64,000 nt of DNA from Candidatus Latescibacterota bacterium (GTDB lineage: Bacteria > Latescibacterota > UBA2968 > UBA8231), in contig CBDCDC010000002.1 in NCBI GenBank assembly GCA_965215195.1, forward strand, positions 4,064,001 through 4,128,000, given 5' to 3'. A model generated the notes under the pieces. It saw only the letters and a program-made list of their open reading frames with translations, did no database searches and was not told the origin of the DNA. Below, one piece after another: positions 17,902 to 28,363 of the stretch. Numbering within the stretch: the first letter of the stretch is position 1; each line of letters starts with the position of its first letter. Position numbers and translations under genes: made by a program.

Positions 17902-18530
17902 CTCGCCGTTGTCTAGGTGCTGCTGGACGAGTCGCCCACGCCGGCGCCGGTTTCGGGCTATGGATGTCTCTCGGTAGGCTGGCGAGCAGCGTCGTGCGCT
18001 GGCGAGGAGTCAGGAGGGGGGCTGCTTCTGCCATTGCGCCGGATTGCATCCGCAATAGGCCCTAAACGCGCTGGGCCGGAGAATAGCCCATCGTCCAATA
18101 TCCTTTGAATTGCTTCGGTTTCCATCGATGCTATGTGCTTGAAAACCCTTGGGATGGCACTTGCGCGAGTCTTGGAGGCCGGCACCTCAATTCCGTACAT
18201 CTGACAGAAGTGAGCAATATCGCCAACAGTGGGCAAAAACGCCTTGCGCTCAAAGTGCTCTGCAAGCTCAACTACTGGTGCTCCCTTCTCTAAGGAGAGT
18301 TCCAACTTGGAAACGTATTCTGATGCCGTAGCTTTTACACTGCGCTTCTTGGGCTTCTTCCCAGTGCCTGCTCCGGCCTGCACAGAACTTTCGCGTTGAG
18401 CGTCCGCAATTTTACCCAGAGATTCAAGAACACTCCCTAAGCCATACTGGCGGACTATTGGGCGTAGTGCCGCTTCAATAGGATTATTCATACGCTCTCA
18501 ATCTCCCATATAAACATACTCTTAAAAAAA
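17902..18530 (-). repeat. 629-bp inverted repeat, copy 2
   Basis: Reverse complement of 13450-14078. Confidence 0.95.
17958..18491 (-). CDS. Hypothetical protein (177 aa), duplicate of 13489-14022
   Basis: Identical translation in ORF track. Confidence 0.7.
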   Translation of the reverse strand: MNNPIEAALRPIVRQYGLGSVLESLGKIADAQRESSVQAGAGTGKKPKKRSVKATASEYVSKLELSLEKGAPVVELAEHFERKAFLPTVGDIAHFCQMYGIEVPASKTRASAIPRVFKHIASMETEAIQRILDDGLFSGPARLGPIADAIRRNGRSSPPPDSSPAHDAARQPTERHP

Positions 18531-18685
18531 TTAAGGCTCATCCCAACCCGTCCTCTCGGCGTAGTGGCGGGGAACTAACCACTAACCACTTCTAAGCCTT
18601 ATGTGAAGGCGCGTCCTTTGTGTTGACATCAATTTGGCCCAATTGGATATTCAAAAAATGCCAATATACAAAAGTAATGTAAGCG

Positions 18686-19342
18686 ATGAGTAAAACGCCC
18701 CTCCGCAAAGGCCCCGGTCGGCTACAGCGGCTTTGGCGCACGATGATGGCCGGCCTGACGATCATCCTGCCCGTGTGGTTTACCGTCTGGGTACTCAAGA
18801 CGCTGTTCAATTGGGCCGACAGCTTCTCCGCGCCGTTGATTCGCCAACTGGCCAAGCGGTTGGGCGATCCCGATTTCCACATTCCCGGCTTGGGCTTTGT
18901 GCTGACCTTTGTCATTCTCTGGGTCGTCGGCGCACTCGCCGCCAACGTGGTTGGCCGCAGCCTGTTGCAATACGCACGCGAAGCGCTAGAGGGCCTGCCG
19001 TTGGTGCGCACGATCTACGCGCCCGTGCAGCATCTCATGGAGTCCCTGACCTCCCCGGGCAAGGGCGGTTTCGAGAAAGTCGTGCTCGTCGAATATCCGC
19101 GCACCGGGCTGTGGACCTTGGGCTTTTTGGCCGGCAACGTGCCCCGCGAGGACGAGGCCGCGCCGGCGCACAGCATCTTCGTACCCACAGCACCCAATCC
19201 CACGACCGGCTTCATGCTCATCGTGCCGCCCGAACAGTTGCGTCCCACCGAACTCGGCGTTGAGGAGGCCCTGAAGATGATCGTCTCGGCCGGCGTCGTC
19301 GTACCCCCGGCTCTTTCCCTGGTTGCGGAAGAGGATGTCTAA
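18686..19342 (+). CDS. DUF502 domain membrane protein
   Basis: AGLTIILPVWFT, IPGLG, LPLVRTIY, VVLVEYPR, FVPTAPNPTTGF, ALKMIVSAG. Confidence 0.92.
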   Translation: MSKTPLRKGPGRLQRLWRTMMAGLTIILPVWFTVWVLKTLFNWADSFSAPLIRQLAKRLGDPDFHIPGLGFVLTFVILWVVGALAANVVGRSLLQYAREALEGLPLVRTIYAPVQHLMESLTSPGKGGFEKVVLVEYPRTGLWTLGFLAGNVPREDEAAPAHSIFVPTAPNPTTGFMLIVPPEQLRPTELGVEEALKMIVSAGVVVPPALSLVAEEDV

Positions 19343-19499
19343 GCAGTGGCCAGTGGTTCGTTCACGCCCCACCAGCCCGAGAGGAAGGTTGGGGCAGTTT
19401 TCTTGCGATTGTCGGGCCCTTTCGTTATTCTCGCTAGAAACCCGGGGCGTCCCTTTCGCGTCCCAATAGAAGCCCTTCGCATATTGAGGAGATGAGGAG

Positions 19500-20174
19500 A
19501 TGTTTCCATTTTTTTTGAATCCGTTTTTCATCCTGCCGATAATCTTGGTCGCTTGGGCCCAAATGCGGGTCCGCAGTGCCTTCAACAAGTACAGCCAAGT
19601 GGCTTCGGCCGTACGCCTTTCGGGCGCTGAGACCGCGCGGCGCATCCTGCACCAGCAAGGCATCTACGACGTGTCTGTCGAGGAGACGAGCGGGATGCTT
19701 TCCGATCACTACGACCCCCGCGCCAAAGCCGTGCGCCTTTCTTCGGACAACTTCCACGGGCACCACCTAGCCGGCTTGGCCGTGGCAGCGCACGAGGTCG
19801 GCCACGCCATCCAACACGCCCGCGGCTACGTGCCACTCAACCTGCGGCACGCGATCCTACCCGTCGCCAACTTGGGCTCAACGCTGGGCTTTCCCCTGAT
19901 CTTAGCGGGGATGTTCTTTGGGGCCGCCGGCCTGATGGATCTCGGCATCATGTTCTTCGCCGGCGCGGTGTTGTTCCAAATCGTCACCTTGCCGGTGGAG
20001 TTCAACGCCAGCTCGCGGGCCATGGCCATTCTCTCGCAGGGCTACCTAGCCGGCGACGAGGTGCGCTCGGCGCGGCGGGTGCTCAACGCCGCGGCCATGA
20101 CCTACGTGGCAGCGGCCGCAACCGCCGTGCTAAACCTATTGAGTCTGTTGCTCATGCGCGGCTCGGACGAATAA
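19500..20174 (+). CDS. Membrane zinc metallopeptidase (YugP family)
   Basis: LSDHYDP, VAAHEVGHAIQH, VTLPVEFNASSRA, VLNAAAMTYVA. Confidence 0.93.
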   Translation: MFPFFLNPFFILPIILVAWAQMRVRSAFNKYSQVASAVRLSGAETARRILHQQGIYDVSVEETSGMLSDHYDPRAKAVRLSSDNFHGHHLAGLAVAAHEVGHAIQHARGYVPLNLRHAILPVANLGSTLGFPLILAGMFFGAAGLMDLGIMFFAGAVLFQIVTLPVEFNASSRAMAILSQGYLAGDEVRSARRVLNAAAMTYVAAAATAVLNLLSLLLMRGSDE

Positions 20175-20199
20175 CAGCCGGCGCGGCAAGAAGCTTCCG

Positions 20200-20231
20200 A
20201 GGCCCCTCGCCCTTGCGGGCAGGGGCCTTTT
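20200..20231 (+). terminator. Rho-independent terminator
   Basis: AGGCCCCT-CGCCC...GGGC-AGGGGCCT followed by TTT. Confidence 0.55.
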
Positions 20232-20296
20232 GCTTGTGGGCTACCAACTGCGTTTCGCTATATTATCGTTCCACCTCATCACAGGAGAGTGCGAGC

Positions 20297-21127
20297 ATGA
20301 TCGTGCTGTTATGTGCATTGCTCGCCAGCGCGGCGAGCGCCGGGGCCGATGTGTATTTCGAAGAAGAGGTCGTCAATCGCGGCTTTGGCAAAGACAGAAC
20401 TGGAGCGCGCAAAACGACCAACAAAATTTACATCAAGGGCAAGAGCCAGCGGGTCGAGCAGCGGATTGAGGCCGACGCGCAAACCGCAAAGGCCCTCCGG
20501 CGGCAGGGTCAATCCCTCAACACCAGCACCATTTTGCGGCTGGACCAAGCGCAAGTGTACGAAATTGACCTGACGGCCCAGACCTTCGTCCAGCAGCAGG
20601 CCCCTCCGGTGCGCAAGGTCGCTGCCAAGCCGGAAGCCGCTCCCGGCGGGCCGCAAATGGCCCTTGCGGTCAAGGTGCCGGGAGATACGGCGCGCATTGC
20701 CGGAATTCCCTGCCGGCGGGTCGTCGCGCAGATGCGCGCCCGCTACCTCGACCCCAAAACCCAAAAGCTCCGCCGCGAAAACCGCTACACGTACGATGCC
20801 TGCATTGCCAAGCAATTCCCCGGCTTTCAGGAGATCACGGCCTTTGCGGCCCTGCAGGACGCCAGCACGTCCTATCCGTCGCTAATCGGCGGCGGGCTGG
20901 ACGGGCTAGAAGACCACGAAGCCCTGAGCGACGAATTGGAGAACGCCGAGGAACTCAAAGGCTTCGCCCTGCGCTCGACCTTGACGGCTTCAGTCAAGCT
21001 CCCCGGCAGTGAGAAGCCCAGCCAAGTGTTCCGCTTAGACCGCAAGATCAAGGTCATGGTGTACGCGGCGTTGCCCGACTCGCTCTTCTATGTATCTAAG
21101 GCCCTGACTCGCCTCGAATCCGAATGA
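20297..21127 (+). CDS. Secreted hypothetical protein (DUF4412-like)
   Basis: AGGAG RBS; signal peptide MIVLLCALLASAASAGA; TILRLDQAQVYEID and IAGIPCRR motifs. Confidence 0.65.
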   Translation: MIVLLCALLASAASAGADVYFEEEVVNRGFGKDRTGARKTTNKIYIKGKSQRVEQRIEADAQTAKALRRQGQSLNTSTILRLDQAQVYEIDLTAQTFVQQQAPPVRKVAAKPEAAPGGPQMALAVKVPGDTARIAGIPCRRVVAQMRARYLDPKTQKLRRENRYTYDACIAKQFPGFQEITAFAALQDASTSYPSLIGGGLDGLEDHEALSDELENAEELKGFALRSTLTASVKLPGSEKPSQVFRLDRKIKVMVYAALPDSLFYVSKALTRLESE

Positions 21128-24100
21128 AGAGGAAGCTGTTCGGGGCGGCGGCCGTTTTGGTCCTCGGCCTCGTCGCGCTCACGCCCTTAGGGCCGGCCGC
21201 GCTCGCACACCTGCTAGAGCGCGGGGTTGGGGGGTGGCAGGTCTCCATCGGCGGTCGCGGGGGGGGCTTGCTCTACGGGTTTTCCCTTTCCGACTTGCGC
21301 TGCCAAAACCCGGTGCTGGGGGTGGCCGTCGATGTGGAGCACCTCGCCGTGCGGCCGTGGTCTTGGGCCGTCGATGTGCAGGCACCCAAGGTGCGAATTG
21401 AACCAGTCGCCGCAGCCGATGCGCCCGCCGCGCCCGCGGACATCGAGCTACCCATCGCCTTCCTGCCCAACCTCAACGCGACCGCCGGCGCGCTTGATTG
21501 GCAGTTGGGCGAAACGCGGATCGTGGCGCAGGACTGGCGCGGCGCGTATCGCGTAGCAGCCGACACCTTGGCGTACTTAGAGCTGGCCTTGTCCGACTTG
21601 CAGGGAGTGCCGCTGCGCTCGCTAACGCTGGAGCTTGCGCTCAGTCCGCACCGCATTGACCGCGGGGAGGTGCGGGCCGTGGGCATTAGCGACAGTCTAA
21701 GGGCCGCCCTGCACGCCTCGTTTTCCTTGGGGCTGAAGTTGCCGCGGCCTTTGCAGGTGGACGCCGAGGCAACAGTAGAGGCCGATTCCGTGCGGGGTTC
21801 CCTAGCCGCGGAGATAGACGGGGCGTTGACGCCGCTGCAGCTAGGCGGGGCGCTCAGGGGCGAGGGGAGTGCGCCAGCTATCTCGGCTGTGGACCTGCGC
21901 GGGCGCGTACGCGCCGACAGTACACGCCTAGTGCTGGACTCTCTACTCGTCTCTTTATTCGACGGCACTCTCACGGGTGCGGCGATTTATTTTCCCGGCC
22001 GCGACAGCTTGCAGGCCCAACTGCGGGGCGAGGGATTTGACCTTGCGCTAGCAGCCCCCTTTGCGGGGCGGGCGGAATTCGATCTAGCGGCTGGAGTGCA
22101 TTTGCAGCACCAGCGCTATGCAGCGGACTTTGCCGCCCGCCTGCGCGATGTGGATCTAATTCCCGATCAGCGGTTCGACGCCGAGATAAAGGCTTGGCAC
22201 CGGCCCGATGGAGCGACTCGTCTCGACCTGCAATCGCCCTTGCTGGAGCTTGTGGCCACTGGCTCTTCGAGCTTAGAGGGAGATTACGACCTCGCGCTAA
22301 CGGGCGCGGTGCAGGCGGCGTCTGTTTTGCGCGGCGCAGCGCCCGTAGCCATGGCCGGGCGGGCCAAGCCCGACACGCTGGCGTTGCAGCTAACGGCCAG
22401 CCATCTCCCCGGCGAATTGGGCGAGGAGTTTGGGCCGCTCGCCGCAGACCTACACCTGTTCGCCAACCGCTACCTCGCGGCCGCCCTGCGCCTAGAGCGC
22501 GATCTCCTAGTAGCGCGGGCAGACATCGACCTAGGGAGCAGCGAGGTCGATACGCTCGTGGCGGCCGTGAACGGACTGGCGCTGGCGCGGGTCATGCCCG
22601 GGTTGGGCGGGCGGCTCGCCGCGAATTTGCGCGGGGGGGGTGAGCTGTCGCTCAACGCGCTGCGGTTGGATGGGCGCGTTGCGACCACGCCGCTAGAGTA
22701 CGCGGGTTGGCAGAGCGGCGAACTCGCGCTGGACCTAGGCTGGGACCGGGGCGCGGCGCGGGGGGCCGGCGGCGGGCCGGGCGTGAGCGTACTGGCGGCG
22801 CTAGACGCGGCCGGGCACTTAACGGCTCGAGCGGATTTTGCCGATACCTTGTTGCGGGGGGCCAACGGCGCAGTGGCCGCACTGGACGGTACTTTGCGCT
22901 GGGACGGGCCGTTGGACAGCCTACACGCGGCTCAAGGGGGCCTCGCGCTCGACGCGCTCTTGCTGCGGCAGGGGGAATGGACGCTGCAAAACTACGGTCC
23001 CCTCCAGGCCGACTATGGCGACGGGCGCATGGACCTCGCGGCGGTACAACTGCAAACGCCGGTCGGCCTAGTGGGCCTTTCAGGTTGGGTCGGCAGGGAT
23101 TCGCTCGCGGTTGCAGCAGAGATGCCGGCCCTCGCGCTGTCTAATCTCGTGCCCGACCTCAGCGCGGCGGGCGACGGGCATCTGCGGGTCAGCGGCACCC
23201 TAGCGCGGCCAGAGGCCCAAGGCGTGGTGACGCTGGCGGAGATGCGCCTCGACACCCTCGCCCTCGGCAGTGCTCGGCTGCGCCTTGCGCTGGCGGATTC
23301 GCTCCTTACCGAGTTCAGCGCCGATGCCGGCGTGCGCCTTGCGCTCACCTGCCCGGCCGCACCGCTCTTCGGGCCGGGGGAAGCCCCGGCGCGGCTCGCA
23401 ATTGAGGCGGTGGCAGCCGACTTGGGGCCGGTGCTCAGTTATGCTTTGGGACGCCCGCTGCACGGGCGGCTCAACCTCGACGGGCACTTAGAAGCGGCCT
23501 TAGGGGATTCCATGCCGAGCTGGCGGGACTTGTCCGGGCATATCGACGTGCGCGGCTTGTCCATCGAGAGCCAAGCCACGGTTGACTCCCTGCGGCTGGA
23601 CCTCCTGTCCGGCGGGCGATTCGCGCTCGGCGAGGGCCGCGTAGTGCTGGACTCGGTGGCGATTGGCTTGCGGCACTACGACCGCGACCGCCTCGCCGTA
23701 CAGCCGGCCGGCACCTTGCGGCTGGCGGGTCAACTAGCGGGCGAAGGTTCGCAAATCGGGCTGACCCTCGAAGACTCGGGCTTGGCTTTCTTCGGCGGCC
23801 CCAAGGGCTTGGTCCAGCTCGACGCCGAGGTCCGCGGCACAGCATCCGCTCCCCAGCTCGCCGTCGATCTGGCCGTGGCAACCGCGGACCTCGGACAGTT
23901 GCGCGGGAGGCTCGTCGGCGACCGGGACGGCGGCGATTGGCATTTGAACTGGACGACCTTGCTCGACGACAGCCTCACCGTGGTCGGTCGAGTGCCTTGG
24001 GATTTGCAGGCCGGCGCACTCTCCTTAGACGAGGGCTGGCTAGAGGCGCGTTCCGACGGCATCGGACTCCTCTTCCTCGGCGACCTAATAGCCGAATTGG

Positions 24101-25401
24101 ACCATCTCGACGGCCGGATTAGCGCGGATCTGCGGGCCGAGGGGCTGGATTCAACGCTCTCGTTACAAGGCCAAGTAGGGGTCGAGGACCTCGAATTTGC
24201 CCTGCTCGATCTAGAGCCGATCTACGCGCTGCCCGACGGGCACTTGCAATTCAAGGGCCGGAAGGTCGAATTGGTGGGCTTCGCCATCGAGAAAGAACCT
24301 AAGCGGGGATTTCGCAGCGCGGCGCTCACCGGGCAGCTCGACCTAGCGCAGCTCGACGACCCTAGCTTTGACTTGCGGCTCCAAGCCGAGCGGTTGACCT
24401 CCTACTACGAGGACGTCGCCCAGTCGTTTAAGGCGGACGACATCGACTTGGAGCTGTCTTTCGCCGGCTCGATCAGCGCATCTGAGTTGGCGGGACGCAT
24501 CCGCCTCGACCGGCCGCGTTCCGAGGCGAGCCTCGTAGTCTTCAACGCGCCCTCCGTGCCACCGCCGCCGCCGGCCTTGCGCGACGAGTTTTTGGAAAAC
24601 CTCGCCCTCGCGGTCGAGGTCGATATCCGCGGCCTCACCCTCGACAGCGAGCTAGCCGAGGTCGAAGCGTCGGGTGCGGTCGAGGTCGGCGGCACTTTCT
24701 ACAAGCCGCTCTTCCAAGGCGATATAACAATAGACGAAGGGCAGGTCTTCGTACTCAGCCAGAAGTTCAACATCACACAGGGGCGCGTCGTCTTCAACCG
24801 CTTAGCACCGACTAAATCGATCCTCGATGTGATGTACGACCCCCTCGAACTGAATCCCACACTCGATTTGCAGGCCGAGACCGAGGAAATCACAGACATT
24901 CAGGACCAAGAGAAATACGTAGTGACTTTGACCCTGCAAGGGCCGGCTCAGAAGATCGTGCCGGATTTTTCAGCGGCCTCGGAGAACCCGGACTTAGATC
25001 CGCTGGACGACTTTAGCATCGTCAACCTGCTGGCCTTTAACATGGCGAACCTCGACTACACCGCGGCCTTTGGCTCAACCGCCGCGGCCTTTAATACGAC
25101 CGCCGTGGCCTTTGGCACGGCCGCCGGCCAGCTCTTGAGCAAGCAAGTCGAAAAGGTAGGGCTTAATGAATTCACGGTTCTGCCGTCGAGCACTGGGGAT
25201 CCAGTCCTCCGCGCGGGCAAGTACCTCGATGGGTTGCCCCTGCCTCTTTGGGTGCGCTACGAGGCCCTGCTAGAAGAGATGGCCGCGGGCGAGGTGCAGG
25301 TCGAACACAAGATCAAGTCCTTTCTGACCATCGTCGGCTCGGCGCAAAGCAAGCACGACAACTATGGGCTGGGCATCGGTCTGAAGCGAGAGTTCCGATG
25401 A
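21124..25401 (+). CDS. tamB: Translocation/assembly module TamB (AsmA-like) protein
   Basis: 1425 aa, N-terminal anchor, beta-rich repeats, C-terminal GDITIDEG...FNITQGRVVF...NPTLDLQA; adjacent to an Omp85 gene. Confidence 0.85.
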   Translation: MKRKLFGAAAVLVLGLVALTPLGPAALAHLLERGVGGWQVSIGGRGGGLLYGFSLSDLRCQNPVLGVAVDVEHLAVRPWSWAVDVQAPKVRIEPVAAADAPAAPADIELPIAFLPNLNATAGALDWQLGETRIVAQDWRGAYRVAADTLAYLELALSDLQGVPLRSLTLELALSPHRIDRGEVRAVGISDSLRAALHASFSLGLKLPRPLQVDAEATVEADSVRGSLAAEIDGALTPLQLGGALRGEGSAPAISAVDLRGRVRADSTRLVLDSLLVSLFDGTLTGAAIYFPGRDSLQAQLRGEGFDLALAAPFAGRAEFDLAAGVHLQHQRYAADFAARLRDVDLIPDQRFDAEIKAWHRPDGATRLDLQSPLLELVATGSSSLEGDYDLALTGAVQAASVLRGAAPVAMAGRAKPDTLALQLTASHLPGELGEEFGPLAADLHLFANRYLAAALRLERDLLVARADIDLGSSEVDTLVAAVNGLALARVMPGLGGRLAANLRGGGELSLNALRLDGRVATTPLEYAGWQSGELALDLGWDRGAARGAGGGPGVSVLAALDAAGHLTARADFADTLLRGANGAVAALDGTLRWDGPLDSLHAAQGGLALDALLLRQGEWTLQNYGPLQADYGDGRMDLAAVQLQTPVGLVGLSGWVGRDSLAVAAEMPALALSNLVPDLSAAGDGHLRVSGTLARPEAQGVVTLAEMRLDTLALGSARLRLALADSLLTEFSADAGVRLALTCPAAPLFGPGEAPARLAIEAVAADLGPVLSYALGRPLHGRLNLDGHLEAALGDSMPSWRDLSGHIDVRGLSIESQATVDSLRLDLLSGGRFALGEGRVVLDSVAIGLRHYDRDRLAVQPAGTLRLAGQLAGEGSQIGLTLEDSGLAFFGGPKGLVQLDAEVRGTASAPQLAVDLAVATADLGQLRGRLVGDRDGGDWHLNWTTLLDDSLTVVGRVPWDLQAGALSLDEGWLEARSDGIGLLFLGDLIAELDHLDGRISADLRAEGLDSTLSLQGQVGVEDLEFALLDLEPIYALPDGHLQFKGRKVELVGFAIEKEPKRGFRSAALTGQLDLAQLDDPSFDLRLQAERLTSYYEDVAQSFKADDIDLELSFAGSISASELAGRIRLDRPRSEASLVVFNAPSVPPPPPALRDEFLENLALAVEVDIRGLTLDSELAEVEASGAVEVGGTFYKPLFQGDITIDEGQVFVLSQKFNITQGRVVFNRLAPTKSILDVMYDPLELNPTLDLQAETEEITDIQDQEKYVVTLTLQGPAQKIVPDFSAASENPDLDPLDDFSIVNLLAFNMANLDYTAAFGSTAAAFNTTAVAFGTAAGQLLSKQVEKVGLNEFTVLPSSTGDPVLRAGKYLDGLPLPLWVRYEALLEEMAAGEVQVEHKIKSFLTIVGSAQSKHDNYGLGIGLKREFR

Positions 25402-27464
25402 GCGTACTCGCCGCTGTGCTCTGTCTGGCCCTCGCCGAGGACGTCTTGGCCCAAGGGGAGCTACGCGAAACATCGGCCCGCGAAGCCGATGGCCACAAGG
25501 TGGCCCAGATACGCTTTGTTCACCGCGGCGAAAAGCGCATCAAAGGCGAGACTTTGCGCTCGGCCATGCTGACCCAAGAAGGCAAGCGCTTCCAGCGCCG
25601 CTTCTTCAAAAACGACCTGAGCGGACTGGTCAACCTCTACCACAGCAAGGGCTATCGCGACGCCGCGATCGTCCGCAAGTACCTGCGCTTGGACGCCAAA
25701 GACCGGGTCCACATTCACATTGAAATCGACAGCGGTGCGCTGTGGAGGGTGCGCACCCTAACGCTCTTAGGGGGTGCGCCCTTTGCGGCCGACACCTTGC
25801 GCGCTCAAGTCAGCTTGCGCGCCGGCGACGCCCTCGACTACGGCAAGGTACTCGAAGGCGAGCGCCAGTTACAGGTTTTCCTCAATCAGCGCGGCTACCC
25901 GCACGCGGCAGTGCGCAACGAGTGGGTGGGGGACGACCCCGCTAGCCGCAGCACCGAGGTCGTTTTCCGCATTGATCCCGGGCGCAAGATGTACTTTGGC
26001 GCCGTCGAGGTCGAAAACCTCGATCAGCTATACACGCGCAAGGACCTAATTGAGCGCTATCTACACTTTGCGCAGGGGGACTTGTACGATCCCGAGCAGC
26101 TAGCCAAAAGCCGCGAGCAACTGGCGCGCACCGGCCTGTTCCGCTCGGTCTTTTTGCTCACCCCCGAGACGGGCGACAGCTTGCAGCCGGTCGTGGTTCG
26201 CCTGAGCGAAAAAAAGCGCATCTCCCTAAGTAGCGAAGTCCTCTTCAGCAACATTGAGCCGCGCGTGGAAGGGCTCGTACAGCACAACAACTGGCTGGGC
26301 CGCGGCGCTCGGCTCAGCCTCGACGCCAGTTGGGGGAAGCCAGAGCAGGGCGTCACCGCGTCCTTTACCGAGCGCAACTTGCTGGGCACGGGTGCCGACT
26401 TAGTGCTGTCGGCCGGAGTCACCGACGAGTGGGGAGACAAAAAGGTGCTGGGCGACCCAGACAATCGGCGTCAATTCGCGCTTTTGACGGCCAACGATTC
26501 GGTGCTCAACAACATCTTGTTCTTCTTCGGGGAAGCGACCGCACGGGAGTACATCAGCACGGCCTCGTACGGCTACCGTTCGGTCGAGCACTTGTGGAAA
26601 GCCGAAGCAACGCTCACCAAGAGTTGGCGCGAGATCTACCAAGCCCAAGTCTCCCTTAGCGGGGAAGACTCGCGCACCCAGCCCGAGCGGAGCGGGCGCA
26701 TCGCTTACTCACCTAAGCCCCTCGAGTCCAGCGACGAGCCGACCGATGCAGACGATCTGTTTGGCGACGATGACTTCGACTACTCTGGCAAAGGCAATTC
26801 CTTCGCCCAAGACGAGGTTTTAGACTACAGCGATGGCGAGATTCCAATAACTGCGAAGTGGTTGCAGATTCTGACCACGCGCAAGCGATCGGTCGACTTG
26901 AGCACCGAGTTTTTGCGCGACTCGCGCGACGACCCCTTTGCCCCCACGCGCGGCGCGTTCTTGCGGCTGATCGGACTCTATGCCTACGCCTTCATTCTAG
27001 GGAAAGGTCCGACTTATGTGATCGATGGCGAGGCCGAGTTTCGGTATTACCAACCGCTCTCGCGCCGGCTGGTGTTGGCCCTAGCCCTGCAAGGGACGCG
27101 GACGGCCTCGCTGCGTCGGGGACGCCCACTACCGCAGGATTACTGGAAGGAGTACGGGGGCGAGGGGTCCCTGCGCGGCGTTGAGTACGACGCCATACAC
27201 GTGCTGGGCGGCGGACGCTTGGGCCTGAATATGCGCGGGGAATTGCGCTATCAGCAAAACAGCTTCGGCCTCGTTGGCTTTTGGGATCGGGCGCAGGTCT
27301 GGCGCCGGCCAAGCGAGGCGACCTTGCGGCAGATGGTGGATGGCTATGGGGTGGGGTTGCGCTACGTCTTGGGCTTTCCCTTCCGCCTTGACGTGGCGTT
27401 CAACGACGGGTTTGATAGCGAGCAAAAATATCGCTTGTATTTTTCCATTGGTCAGGCTTTCTAA
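25398..27464 (+). CDS. BamA/TamA (Omp85) family outer membrane protein
   Basis: POTRA motifs (LYHSKGYRDA, LARTGLFRSV), HNNWLGRG, RDSRDDPFAPTRG, C-terminal YFSIGQAF; ATGA overlap. Confidence 0.9.
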   Translation: MSVLAAVLCLALAEDVLAQGELRETSAREADGHKVAQIRFVHRGEKRIKGETLRSAMLTQEGKRFQRRFFKNDLSGLVNLYHSKGYRDAAIVRKYLRLDAKDRVHIHIEIDSGALWRVRTLTLLGGAPFAADTLRAQVSLRAGDALDYGKVLEGERQLQVFLNQRGYPHAAVRNEWVGDDPASRSTEVVFRIDPGRKMYFGAVEVENLDQLYTRKDLIERYLHFAQGDLYDPEQLAKSREQLARTGLFRSVFLLTPETGDSLQPVVVRLSEKKRISLSSEVLFSNIEPRVEGLVQHNNWLGRGARLSLDASWGKPEQGVTASFTERNLLGTGADLVLSAGVTDEWGDKKVLGDPDNRRQFALLTANDSVLNNILFFFGEATAREYISTASYGYRSVEHLWKAEATLTKSWREIYQAQVSLSGEDSRTQPERSGRIAYSPKPLESSDEPTDADDLFGDDDFDYSGKGNSFAQDEVLDYSDGEIPITAKWLQILTTRKRSVDLSTEFLRDSRDDPFAPTRGAFLRLIGLYAYAFILGKGPTYVIDGEAEFRYYQPLSRRLVLALALQGTRTASLRRGRPLPQDYWKEYGGEGSLRGVEYDAIHVLGGGRLGLNMRGELRYQQNSFGLVGFWDRAQVWRRPSEATLRQMVDGYGVGLRYVLGFPFRLDVAFNDGFDSEQKYRLYFSIGQAF

Positions 27465-28325
27465 GTGGTCGAAATAATACATCACGCCAGCGCCAACGAG
27501 CTTATTGCGCTTGCAGGTGCTTGCCTCGAAGCGCACGAGAGCGAAAACAACTTGCCGCTCGGCCTCGCGTACGCGCTCGCCCAGGATCCCCTGCGCTACG
27601 GGCCTGAGCCACCGCTATTATTGAGCGTCTTGGAGCAAGGTGAAGTGGTCGGCGTGGCCGTAATGACGCCGCCGCGGAGAATCGTCCTGAGCAAGTTCAT
27701 CGCGAATGTCAAAGAGGCTATGGCTCCTCTCGTGCGCTACCTACTTGCAATGGATGCGCCCATCCCTGGCGTTGTGGGGCCGGCGTCCGCAGCGCAAGCC
27801 TTTTCCGCTTGCTGGGCCGAGGCCGTGCCCAGCGCATCGCCTATGGAGGCCACGCGGATGCGCGTATTTGAGGCGCACACGGTCGCCGATGTACCCCTTG
27901 CTGCGGGAGCGTTGCGCTTGACCGGCATGGACGATCATCCGCTCATGGCGCAGTGGATGGACGCCTTTGCGCAAGAGGCATTAGGCGAACCAGCCGATCT
28001 CGACGGGGCCGTGAAAAGCTCCGAGCGGTCCATCGCCGACGGGCGACTGCACATTTGGGATTGCAATGGGCCGGTCTCCATTGCCCAAGAGACGCGCCCG
28101 ACGAGAAACGGCACGACGATCAGCGCGGTGTACACGCCGCCCGAGCAGCGCAACAAGGGATACGCCACTTCATGCGTCGCGTCGTTGACCCAAAAACTGC
28201 TCTCCGAGCACTATTCATTTTGCAGCCTATTTGCCGACTTAGCCAATCCAACCTCCAACAGCATCTATGCAAGAATCGGCTACGTGCCTTTGGGCGATGC
28301 GTTGGAATTTGATTTCGCTACCTAA
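27465..28325 (+). CDS. GNAT family N-acetyltransferase
   Basis: [33 protein letters not shown]. Confidence 0.9.
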   Translation: MVEIIHHASANELIALAGACLEAHESENNLPLGLAYALAQDPLRYGPEPPLLLSVLEQGEVVGVAVMTPPRRIVLSKFIANVKEAMAPLVRYLLAMDAPIPGVVGPASAAQAFSACWAEAVPSASPMEATRMRVFEAHTVADVPLAAGALRLTGMDDHPLMAQWMDAFAQEALGEPADLDGAVKSSERSIADGRLHIWDCNGPVSIAQETRPTRNGTTISAVYTPPEQRNKGYATSCVASLTQKLLSEHYSFCSLFADLANPTSNSIYARIGYVPLGDALEFDFAT

Positions 28326-28363
28326 AATCCGCTGCCAGACGGCAGCTTCTCAAAAGAGCTTTT

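Noticed and set aside
13450-18530. Classical IS-flanked composite transposon
   Set aside because: The repeat has no DDE/HUH motifs, terminal IRs or target duplication; kept only as an unexplained inverted repeat
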